Origin: Candidatus Latescibacterota bacterium
GTDB taxonomy: Bacteria; Latescibacterota; UBA2968; GCA-2709665
Direction: 5' to 3'
Length of the DNA: 64,000 nt
Assembly (NCBI GenBank): GCA_963667175.2
Contig: CAXXXF010000012.1
Span: 64,001 to 128,000, forward strand
The position numbers and the translations under genes are program-made. This document shows positions 10,158 through 18,616 of the stretch, in pieces. The notes beneath the pieces were generated by a model. The model had not been told where the DNA came from and did no database searches. It was given only the letters and a program-made list of their open reading frames with translations. How positions within the stretch are numbered: the first letter of the stretch is position 1; every line of letters begins with the position of its first letter.

Positions 10158-10882
10158 TCCGATGCCTCCAGTTGTCTGCAGGAGGCAACGAACTCGGCAG
10201 ACGTCGTGGTGAATCCGATCAGGTGCTCGAACTGGCGAAGCATCATGCGATTCACCCATCCGCCCTCCGGCAGGCTGTCGTCCAGCGTATCGGGAAATTC
10301 GATCTCTCCGGGCGGATTGGAACAGTCACGCAGGAGGATGACACGGTAGTTGTGGCCCATCGCCTCCGCGCACGTGTAGTGCAGGCACGCCCGCCGGCTG
10401 TAGCCCACCACGAACAGATTCTCGATACCCCAGGAGCGGAGCCTCTGATCGAGAAACGTATCGCGGAACCCGCTCCACATCCACTTGGGGAAATTCGGCT
10501 CGCCCGGTCGTGGCGCAACGCAATCCACGTAGACCGGTTCGTAATCCGGCCTTCTGGTCCAACTCTCCATCACGTCGCCGTTGGGTACCTTCGTCCTGCT
10601 CCAGAGTTGACCCGCAATACAACCGGGATCGGCCACCAGCCTCAGATCGTTGTGGACGTACGCCACTTTCATCTCTATGGCTCTGGCCGCATCCAGGGCC
10701 GGCGCGATGTAATGCCTCGTTGTGGGATGCGGCGTTTTTTCGCCCTTGTACGAATAGCTTCCATCCACGTCGACAAGCAGGAAACAACAACGCTCGAACG
10801 GCAGCTTCAAGTCCTCGTACCCGTAATCGTAACCGCCGGGGTAATCCTTATAATAACGTACCGGGATCTCGATGCTTGTCAT
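10154..10882 (-). CDS. Cysteine hydrolase (isochorismatase family)
   Basis: D-K-C triad in LLVDV, FPKWMWSGF, GYSRRAC; AGGAGG RBS; ATGA overlap with the downstream gene. Confidence 0.82.
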   Translation of the reverse strand: MTSIEIPVRYYKDYPGGYDYGYEDLKLPFERCCFLLVDVDGSYSYKGEKTPHPTTRHYIAPALDAARAIEMKVAYVHNDLRLVADPGCIAGQLWSRTKVPNGDVMESWTRRPDYEPVYVDCVAPRPGEPNFPKWMWSGFRDTFLDQRLRSWGIENLFVVGYSRRACLHYTCAEAMGHNYRVILLRDCSNPPGEIEFPDTLDDSLPEGGWVNRMMLRQFEHLIGFTTTSAEFVASCRQLEASE

Positions 10883-10898
10883 GAGAGACACCTCCTAA

Positions 10899-10956
10899 CA
10901 GCCCGTTGAAAAAGTCCATCCGGGCTACGTCCGGCCCTTGTGACCGAACGACGGCG
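10899..10956. mobile_element. Truncated copy of MITE family A
   Basis: 58 bp matching 3925-3982 with 2 mismatches, also preceded by CTAA (10895-10898); other end absent. Confidence 0.85.
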
Positions 10957-10978
10957 ACCGCCTTCCGTTCGGCTGACG

Positions 10979-13510
10979 TCAATTCAGCAGAACCCGCACG
11001 GTCTTGATTTCAAAGGGGGCGAATGGAATGGCATCCCAGTCCAGATCGCGCACGCGCCGCTCCATCAGGTCCGTTTCGAGAACCGAGGCGACGTCACGGC
11101 AGGAAACCAGGCGGGCCTCACAGGTTCTGCCAACGGTTTCGTACGCGCGCAGAATCAGTCCTTCGCCGTCTTCAGCCCGTTTGATCGTCGTGCAAACGAC
11201 TCCGGGGCCGTCGAGGGAGATGAATTGCATTCGATCCGACAATGACTTCCCGGAAACGGTGTCGTACACGACCCGGGCGCTCAGCCGCTGGCCCAGGTTC
11301 CAGCCGTCGCGGAATGCGTTTCCCCTTGCGAAGTCGCCACGGTATCCCCTGATGGAGTAACCGCACGTCACTTCTTCAGGAAACGAGCGCCAGATGACAT
11401 TGTAAGAATACGATGCGGGATCGAGACCCGAATGCAAAACGTCGCCGCGGACCTCGCCTGGACCGAACCGAAACGCCTTCCGGTCCGAGGCCAGCACCAA
11501 GCCGGAGTCCGTTCTCTCCACGGCCACCCATCCCTGGCAGACCCGCCGGACGTCGGACGAATCATCCTCGTGCTCGTCTTGCTCGAGCAACTGTTGACCG
11601 TACGGCGTTCCGTACCGGATCATGTCACCGGCGGCCGGGAAGACCATCTGCACAAGTACCGGCTTCTTGTCGCGCCATTGGAGCCGGAGGTCCACGTCCA
11701 CGCGGTCCGGTTCGCCGTACAGACGGTACCTGATCTCACAGGGAGACGACAACAGTCTCCCCGCCACCAGCACCGTTGCCCGGACCTCGCCGCTTTCTTC
11801 GAGGTCGACGCGATCGACGGCCATCTCGAACCGCCTTCCCGTGACCGCGCATCCGTCGGTCAGCGCGTCCTCGGTCCCAACGAGATGAATGCCGTCTACC
11901 AGCAATTCACCGGTGGTTCGGTCCGACACCTGCGCCCGGCCGGTGATTTCGTCGACTTCGAGGTCGATGGAAGCCGTCCTGAACCGGCGTCCGATCCGCA
12001 CGCCCCCGAATGCTTCGGTCACGCGGTCTTCGACGTCCTCCAGAACGAAGGAAGGCTCCGGAAATTCAGGCGCCATCTGCCCCGGCGCCATCATCTCCGA
12101 TGGCTGAATGCCCACGAGCGGCTGCGTTTCCGTAACACCCGGAATCAGATAGTACGTTACGTAGCCGTTGGCCGGAACCTCCCGCGCCGCGAAGACCAGG
12201 CGTATCTCGGCCGTCTCCGTCTGCCTTCCCGCCAGTTCCTGGAACGGCACCTGACGCCCGGAAGCGTCCGCCAGCCTGTACGTTTCGTATCGGGCAAAGT
12301 CGGTCGCCTCCACCTCACCGTAAAACGTGACGTGCGTTTCCACAAGGTCGGTGCGCGGCCAGGATAGCGGATTAAACACGACAATGGGCAACCTGCCGTC
12401 CGGACCGTCGCGGGGGATGATTCGCTCTGCGATCACCCCCTCGGCGTACCGTGAAATGCGCTCCGCGGTGTCGACGACGCTCTGCTGGTCGCTCCGCCTT
12501 CGTTCCAGCCCCTCCTTCGCAGCCGCTCCGTCGAAGCGGTACGACGTTGCCTCGAGTTGACGCAGCCACGCCGCCTTCAGATCCTCTCCGCGATATTCCG
12601 ACTTGAGAAACGTCTCCGCCATTGCCGACATCTGTTCGGCCCGCAACAGCCCGCGGACGGCCGGGTCGTTCAGAGGCGCCGTCTCCGGATACATGGGCTC
12701 CGGATGCGGTCCGCCGGACGAATTCTGCCGGCGCGCCTCTCTGAGTGGCGCCATTGTCCGGGATTTCGGGAGAAGGCCTGAGGGAATCCCAAGTTCAACG
12801 GCGACGTCCTGTTCTTCCGCCCACGCTTCAAGCTGCGCCAGCGTCTCTTCGTTGGGCTGAACCATCAGCCCGCCCCAGTGCAGCGCCAATCTGCCATCTT
12901 GCGTTTCGCGCATGCCGGCAATCACGTCGTTTGCGGCCCGCCTGGACTGCGGCGCTCCACGAATGGCTTCCCAGAGCAGGTGGCCGCCGCCCACGGCATC
13001 CCAACAGATCACCCGCGATCCGTCGGGCCCCGGCCAGCGATACAGGACGTCCTGATACCACCCGTTGCCCGTGAGCACGACGAGTTCGACACCACACTTG
13101 ACCGCAATCTGAACGTATTGCGAAGTCGTGCTCCGCCCGTCACCCAGATTCACGATCGTCGGCTCGGCGCCAAGCGTATCGCGGACGAAGGACTTTCCGT
13201 AGAGCAGATTTCGAACCAGGTCTTCGCCGGCGGACAGCCGGTGATCCATCTGGGTCCAGCCGGCGCCCAACTCCAGCCTGCCCTTGGAAACCGCGTCCCG
13301 GACCGGCTCCGCGGCCTCGGGATGCGCCTCGAGAAAAGCGCTCAGATGGACCGGATTTTCAATGAGGAACCTGAAGTCGTCCCTGGCCTCCAACAGTTGC
13401 AGAACGCGTGCGATAATCAGCGCGCCGCGAGACTGACACGCCTCCTTGTCGCCCAACCCGAAGAGCGTCAACCGCGAAAACGGAACGACGTATATTGCCT
13501 CTTTCGACAT
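10979..13510 (-). CDS. GH38 alpha-mannosidase-like protein with a degenerate active site
   Basis: GRLELGAGW, GEDLVRNLLYG, YRWPGPDGSRV, VVFNPLSWPR, KRAEDG.GLILRAYE, ETDLME, FAPFEIKTV; Zn ligands and nucleophile not conserved. Confidence 0.8.
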   Translation of the reverse strand: MSKEAIYVVPFSRLTLFGLGDKEACQSRGALIIARVLQLLEARDDFRFLIENPVHLSAFLEAHPEAAEPVRDAVSKGRLELGAGWTQMDHRLSAGEDLVRNLLYGKSFVRDTLGAEPTIVNLGDGRSTTSQYVQIAVKCGVELVVLTGNGWYQDVLYRWPGPDGSRVICWDAVGGGHLLWEAIRGAPQSRRAANDVIAGMRETQDGRLALHWGGLMVQPNEETLAQLEAWAEEQDVAVELGIPSGLLPKSRTMAPLREARRQNSSGGPHPEPMYPETAPLNDPAVRGLLRAEQMSAMAETFLKSEYRGEDLKAAWLRQLEATSYRFDGAAAKEGLERRRSDQQSVVDTAERISRYAEGVIAERIIPRDGPDGRLPIVVFNPLSWPRTDLVETHVTFYGEVEATDFARYETYRLADASGRQVPFQELAGRQTETAEIRLVFAAREVPANGYVTYYLIPGVTETQPLVGIQPSEMMAPGQMAPEFPEPSFVLEDVEDRVTEAFGGVRIGRRFRTASIDLEVDEITGRAQVSDRTTGELLVDGIHLVGTEDALTDGCAVTGRRFEMAVDRVDLEESGEVRATVLVAGRLLSSPCEIRYRLYGEPDRVDVDLRLQWRDKKPVLVQMVFPAAGDMIRYGTPYGQQLLEQDEHEDDSSDVRRVCQGWVAVERTDSGLVLASDRKAFRFGPGEVRGDVLHSGLDPASYSYNVIWRSFPEEVTCGYSIRGYRGDFARGNAFRDGWNLGQRLSARVVYDTVSGKSLSDRMQFISLDGPGVVCTTIKRAEDGEGLILRAYETVGRTCEARLVSCRDVASVLETDLMERRVRDLDWDAIPFAPFEIKTVRVLLN

Positions 13511-13575
13511 GAAGGATTCGACGATCGTTCAGATCGGTGGTCATGCGTTACCGGGCCGCCATGATCAGCGGCCGC

Positions 13576-13604
13576 ATGATACGGAACGGCCGATGACCTG
13601 TAAA
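13576..13604 (-). promoter_or_regulatory. Sigma70-type promoter of the GH38-like/catabolic cluster
   Basis: TTTACA-17bp-TATCAT on the minus strand. Confidence 0.55.
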
Positions 13605-13650
13605 GTGAAATCTGCCTTTCTCACGGCATCCTCGCAGAGGGTTTAAGGGC

Positions 13651-13679
13651 TTGACGCTCCCCTTCCGACCGGCTATCTT
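13651..13679 (+). promoter_or_regulatory. Orphan sigma70-type promoter (no sense CDS downstream)
   Basis: TTGACG-17bp-TATCTT. Confidence 0.55.
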
Positions 13680-13697
13680 GAACCGCGGATTCATCCC

Positions 13698-13738
13698 GCC
13701 TGCCTGCGCCTGCCTGTCCCGTTGGAACGGCAGGCAGG
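13698..13738. repeat. REP-like CCTGCCTG...CAGGCAGG palindrome
   Basis: CCTGCCTG 13709-13716 / CAGGCAGG 13731-13738 plus an extra half-site at 13698; same motif at 54815-54849. Confidence 0.6.
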
Positions 13739-13859
13739 TCTCGCGGCGCCGGTTCCCGTGCTGCCTCTTCACGGCGATGACGTCAGTTGATTGATTCTTG
13801 GTTCAAGCTGACGCCCGATAGCTGATAGCGGTTCTCGCTGCTTCCAGGCGGCCGGTCGA

Positions 13860-14708
13860 CTATCCCCCCAGCTTCACCAGCACCAGACCCAAAACCACCG
13901 CGCCGATGCCCACGCTCTTTTGCCATCCAAACCGTTCGCCGAGGAAAAGCACCCCCAGCAGGGCGCCGATGACCACCGAAAACTCCCTGACGGCAAGAAT
14001 ATAGCTGACCTTTCCGATGCGCATGGCATACAGAACGAGCAGGTAGGTCGCCATGGAACCCGGCCCTGCCAGGAGCGCGTATTTTTTCATTCCGCGCCAG
14101 GTCCGGACAACCGCGGGCCTGTGCCGCAAGAGCACGTGCGGAGAGAGGATCACCCCCGGAATGACGAATAGCGAAAAGACGTAATGCACGGGATGAACAT
14201 ACGCTACGCCCAGCTTGTCCACGACGGAATAGACGGCGATCGACGCGCCGACGATGAGCGCATACGGTATGGAACGGCGCCGCTCTCGCCCACTTACGCC
14301 ACCGAGCCCCAGAAGGATGACGCCGAGCAGGACCGTTGCGATGCCCACAACACCCGGGACGGTAAGCCTCTCGTCGATCAGCATCCACGCGGCGAGGGCC
14401 GTACCGCCCACGCCCGTGCCGCGGGCAATCGGATATACGACCGATATTTCTCCCTCTTCGTAAGCCTTGGCCAACATGAGGAAATACAGAGAATGCGTCA
14501 AACCGGTCGCCGCAATAAAGGGCCATCCGGCCGTAAGCGCGCCAGACCCAAGGGGAACAAGACAGACCGCCGGTAGGCACAGGACGGACGCGAACCACGT
14601 ACCCAGCCACAAGACACCCAGGTTTCCGGATGCCTTTCTCACCGCGAAATTCCAGGCGGCGTGAAGGACCGTGGAGATCATCACCAGAATAAAGGCCTGC
14701 AACGGCAT
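13860..14708 (-). CDS. EamA/DMT family transporter
   Basis: About 10 hydrophobic segments; LHAAWN, KAYEEGEISVVYPIARG, REFSVV. Confidence 0.9.
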   Translation of the reverse strand: MPLQAFILVMISTVLHAAWNFAVRKASGNLGVLWLGTWFASVLCLPAVCLVPLGSGALTAGWPFIAATGLTHSLYFLMLAKAYEEGEISVVYPIARGTGVGGTALAAWMLIDERLTVPGVVGIATVLLGVILLGLGGVSGRERRRSIPYALIVGASIAVYSVVDKLGVAYVHPVHYVFSLFVIPGVILSPHVLLRHRPAVVRTWRGMKKYALLAGPGSMATYLLVLYAMRIGKVSYILAVREFSVVIGALLGVLFLGERFGWQKSVGIGAVVLGLVLVKLGG

Positions 14709-14847
14709 CGCGTCGCCTCAGTGCGCCGGGTAACGTCAGGCTGAATTCAAGACCCGTATCGCATCCCTGCGATCGTCCGCGCGCAGGCCACCCGTAACCC
14801 TGTCACTCGGGGACTCATCTCACTGCCCGTCTCAAAGGATTCCCGTC

Positions 14848-16032
14848 ATGCTGACCAGCGATTACGCCGACTTCGACGCGCATGAATATGAACGACGCCT
14901 GGCCAGGCTGCGGGATCTCATGTCGCGCGACGGCCTGGACGCGGTGCTGATCAGCACGGACACGAACCATCGCTATTTCACCGGGCACTGGACCCATCGC
15001 TGGGGGCACAAATTCACGTCTCTGTTCGCCCTGCTTCCGCTCAATCGCGACCCGGTGCTCATCGTCCCGCCACTGGAAACCGGAATGTGCGAGGAGGACG
15101 CATGGGTCGAAGATCTGCGCACCTATCAACCGCCCATCCGTATCCGGGCGGGGGTCTCGCTCCTGACCGACGTCATCCGCGAACTTGGCCTCCACGGCGC
15201 CCGCATCGGCGCTGAACTGGGCGGCGTCCTCTGGTCGCGAATGCCATACGACGACTTCGGCCGGCTGAAGGCCAATCTACCCGGCGTACGATTCACGGAT
15301 GCCTCGCGAACGCTCTGGAAGACACGGTTCACCAAGTCTCCCGCCGAGGTCGCGTACATTCGCAAGGCCGTCCGGATCACCGACCAGGCATTCCGCGCGC
15401 TCTTCGAGACCGTCGGCCCCGGCATGACCGAGAGGGACCTGTATCGCCTGCTCTGTGTAGAGCACATGAAACGGGGGATGGACGCCCCGGGTTCGATCAC
15501 CCTGGCCACGTACGTCCCCGGCAACGCGCGCAGCAGCAACCGCAGCCTGCGCCGGCACACCGACCGCGTCGTGACCGAAGGCGAGCTCATCGCGCACGAC
15601 GCCGGAGGCGTATACCGGGGATACTGGTCGGACTACACGCGCATGTTCGCCGTAGGGCGGGCCGAACAGAAACACAAGGACGCGTACCGCGCCGTGTATG
15701 AGTGCCTGCAAGCGGCAAACGCCGCGGTCCGCCCCGGCATTCCAATATCCGACCTGGTTCGCGTTTCGAACGAAACGCTGGCGAGGGCGGGGTACGCAAA
15801 GCAGGCGCGGCAGGTCACCGGGATCGGACACGCCATCGGTCTGGACATCATCGAACCCCCGTTCATCGAACTCGAAGACGACACCATTCTGGAGAAAGGC
15901 ATGGCGCTCACGGTCGAACCTTCTCTATACACGGACGGCGCGTACTTCATGCTCGAAGAGGACGTTGTCGTGACGGATACCGGATGCGAAATCCTGTCGG
16001 AACCCGCACCCCGTGAATTGCCGGTCCTGTAA
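14848..16032 (+). CDS. M24 (Xaa-Pro aminopeptidase/creatinase-like) peptidase
   Basis: KSPAEV; D-D-H-E-E ligands in HDAGG..SDYTR, GHAIG, VEPS, LEED. Confidence 0.9.
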   Translation: MLTSDYADFDAHEYERRLARLRDLMSRDGLDAVLISTDTNHRYFTGHWTHRWGHKFTSLFALLPLNRDPVLIVPPLETGMCEEDAWVEDLRTYQPPIRIRAGVSLLTDVIRELGLHGARIGAELGGVLWSRMPYDDFGRLKANLPGVRFTDASRTLWKTRFTKSPAEVAYIRKAVRITDQAFRALFETVGPGMTERDLYRLLCVEHMKRGMDAPGSITLATYVPGNARSSNRSLRRHTDRVVTEGELIAHDAGGVYRGYWSDYTRMFAVGRAEQKHKDAYRAVYECLQAANAAVRPGIPISDLVRVSNETLARAGYAKQARQVTGIGHAIGLDIIEPPFIELEDDTILEKGMALTVEPSLYTDGAYFMLEEDVVVTDTGCEILSEPAPRELPVL

Positions 16033-16092
16033 TTTCACTCAGGATGCCAGCGAAGCGCTTGTGAGAGTTGAGTCCGGCGTTCGGACCAATTC

Positions 16093-16120
16093 AAAAAAAG
16101 GGCGCATGGCGCCCCTTTTT
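16093..16120. terminator. Bidirectional intrinsic terminator
   Basis: A7-GGGCGC-ATG-GCGCCC-C-T5 between convergent genes. Confidence 0.8.
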
Positions 16121-16153
16121 CCCGTGTGATTTTACCTGGTTTCGCAGTCGCTG

Positions 16154-17485
16154 TCAGAACGACTGCAGATCCTGTATTACCAATCCCGAATAGACTTTCG
16201 GATAGAAGAACGTGGACTTGGGAGGCATACGCTCGCCGGCCAGCACAACGTTACGCAGTTGCTCCATCCCCGTAGGATTCAGAAAGAAACCCGCCCGATC
16301 GGGCGCCGCCTTCACCAGGTCCAGCACCTCACGTCCAACCTTTACAAACGCCACCTTTTCACCCCTGGCCAGGGTTTCCCGGTCGAGATCCAGCACCCTG
16401 CCCACAATCAGCTGCAACAGCCCCGTGTCCAGCGACCGCCACGCCTCCGAGTGATCCTCGCTATCCAGGTCAGCCGGCCGCACGCCGTGCTTCAACCTCA
16501 GGTAGTGTACCTCAGAGCACGCTCCGTGGCAGAATCCGAACACGGTTCCGCGGCTGCCGCGCCGTTTCAACTCCCGCAAAACCGATTGGGGTTCCCTGAG
16601 GGGCGCCCGTTCTACGTCGCACAGTTCGGTCAGTCCCCGGACGAGCTTTGCGACACCGTCGGCGCCCAGGTCCATGACCACACGGTGAATCGCATTGATG
16701 GCCATCCCCTCCGTATCGTCCATGTTCACGAGAGTATGCATCCGGTACCCGTAGGGCCTGCCCTGCCACTGCCCGCCTTCGGCCGCCGCGCGTTCATCCC
16801 GGTAGACCACCGCGGTTTCGTATCGGTGATGGCCGTCGGCGATGAAAAACGGTTTGTCTTTCAGCGATCGGGCGACGCGGTCTACGGTCGCCCGATCGCT
16901 GACCCGCCAGAAGCGGTGTCCGACGCCATCGTCCCCCGTGAACGCGAACAGCGGTTCGTTTTCCAGGACCGGCGCCACGATATCCCGCACCCGTCCGCCG
17001 GAGTCGGAGTATAACGAAAAGATCTGGCCGAACGCCGCCCGGGTGTGCCGCATCAGCGCCAGCCGGTCCGCCTTCGGACCCGGCATCGTATTCTCGTGCG
17101 GCAGGATTGCGCCTTCTCCCAATGCATCCGCACGCACCAGCGCGACGATCCCCAGCCTTGTCTTCTTTGTTGTCCCATCGGGAGTACTGACGTGGAAATC
17201 CTGTGCGTACAGATAAATCCCTTCCTCCCGGTCCCGGATCAGGACACCCTGTTCAAGCCAGCTTCGATAGGCCTCCGCGGCACGGGTGTACCGGTTTTCG
17301 TCGACCGAGTCTCCTGCGTATTCCTCGCCCTGAATAATGCGTACGACGTTGTTGGGATGAGCGTTGTACAGCGCCCGTTGCATCGAAGGATCGATAACGT
17401 CGTAGGGGGGCGAGACCACGTCCCCAACGTCGCCTATCCTGTCGGTCGCGTATCGGATTCCACGAAAGGCCCTTATTTCCGCCAT
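16154..17485 (-). CDS. DUF1015 family protein
   Basis: MAEIRAFRGIRY, SPPYDVI, ILPHE, IADGHHRYETA, MPPKSTFFYPK. Confidence 0.92.
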   Translation of the reverse strand: MAEIRAFRGIRYATDRIGDVGDVVSPPYDVIDPSMQRALYNAHPNNVVRIIQGEEYAGDSVDENRYTRAAEAYRSWLEQGVLIRDREEGIYLYAQDFHVSTPDGTTKKTRLGIVALVRADALGEGAILPHENTMPGPKADRLALMRHTRAAFGQIFSLYSDSGGRVRDIVAPVLENEPLFAFTGDDGVGHRFWRVSDRATVDRVARSLKDKPFFIADGHHRYETAVVYRDERAAAEGGQWQGRPYGYRMHTLVNMDDTEGMAINAIHRVVMDLGADGVAKLVRGLTELCDVERAPLREPQSVLRELKRRGSRGTVFGFCHGACSEVHYLRLKHGVRPADLDSEDHSEAWRSLDTGLLQLIVGRVLDLDRETLARGEKVAFVKVGREVLDLVKAAPDRAGFFLNPTGMEQLRNVVLAGERMPPKSTFFYPKVYSGLVIQDLQSF

Positions 17486-17516
17486 CTTCAATCTCTCCGG
17501 AATCGGGTGGTACAGG

Positions 17517-18479
17517 TCAATCGACGCGGCTTTCCAGCGTGGGATATCCCAGTTCCCGGTCCGTCTCGTTCAACAGCGGCTTCCCCGCCAGAAACCGTCT
17601 CAGATTCTCACAGAAGAAGTCGACCGTGCGTTGCGGGCGGTAGCTCGATACACCCGCCGAGTGGGTGGTGATGATCACGTTTTCCATTTCCCAGAGCGGG
17701 CTGGTCTCCGGCAGCGGCTCGGTCTCGAAGACGTCCAGGCCCGCGCCGGCGATCTCACCGGACGTCAGCGCATCGATCAGCGCCGCCTCGTCGACGATCG
17801 GGCCCCGTGCCGTATTGACCAGGAAGGCCGAATTCTTCATCGTGCGAAACGCACGCGCATCGATCAGCCTCTCGGTCTGCGGCGTACAGGGACAAGCGAT
17901 AAACACCACGTCGGATTCCGCCAGCAATGCTTCCAGCCGATCCGTTCCCCACAGCGCCTTCACGTAATCGGGCACTTCCGACTGCTGCACGTCAACCGCG
18001 AGAATTCGCAGTTCGAATCCACTGGCCAGCCGGGCGTACCGCCGCCCGATTCCGCCGAATCCCACGATCCCGGCCGTGGCCCCGTACAGATCCCGGATCG
18101 GCGCGCCTCTCCATTCGTGCGCAAGCTGATTGCGCACGGTTACGTGCAGGCCCCGGAACAGGGCCGACGTCAGCGCCCAGGCGTGTTCCGCCACCTGAAG
18201 GGCGTGCAATCCGCTGGCGTTGCTCAACCTGAAATCGGCCTCCCGGACACCGGGTACGTCCATCAACGTGTCCATGCCCGCGCTGGTGGTCTGGATCCAA
18301 CTGACCCGCCGGGCCGCGCGGATGATCTCCTCAGTATACATGCCGAAGATCACGTCGGCGTCGCCCACGACCGCGGGGGCATCATCCATCGCTGCCATCA
18401 CAACTTCCGCGCCGGGCGCTGCCTGGCGTACTTGCTCACACAACGCTTCGTTCACCGGCGGACACAGAACGATCTTCAT
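17517..18479 (-). CDS. D-2-hydroxyacid dehydrogenase
   Basis: GFGGIG, NTARG, LDVFETEPLP, ITTHSAG. Confidence 0.92.
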   Translation of the reverse strand: MKIVLCPPVNEALCEQVRQAAPGAEVVMAAMDDAPAVVGDADVIFGMYTEEIIRAARRVSWIQTTSAGMDTLMDVPGVREADFRLSNASGLHALQVAEHAWALTSALFRGLHVTVRNQLAHEWRGAPIRDLYGATAGIVGFGGIGRRYARLASGFELRILAVDVQQSEVPDYVKALWGTDRLEALLAESDVVFIACPCTPQTERLIDARAFRTMKNSAFLVNTARGPIVDEAALIDALTSGEIAGAGLDVFETEPLPETSPLWEMENVIITTHSAGVSSYRPQRTVDFFCENLRRFLAGKPLLNETDRELGYPTLESRVD

Positions 18480-18550
18480 GGTTGAACCTGCCTTCCTGAA
18501 TAGGTGCGCGACACGCCGTACAGCCACGACCGTTCAAGCCGACGCGCTCC

Positions 18551-18579
18551 TTGACAAAACCCCGTCCGCTGTTTAACAT
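18551..18579 (+). promoter_or_regulatory. Sigma70-type promoter for the MFS transporter
   Basis: TTGACA-17bp-TAACAT. Confidence 0.7.
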
Positions 18580-18616
18580 ACCCGTCTTCCAGACCCCCGG
18601 TACCCCCTGGAATCCA

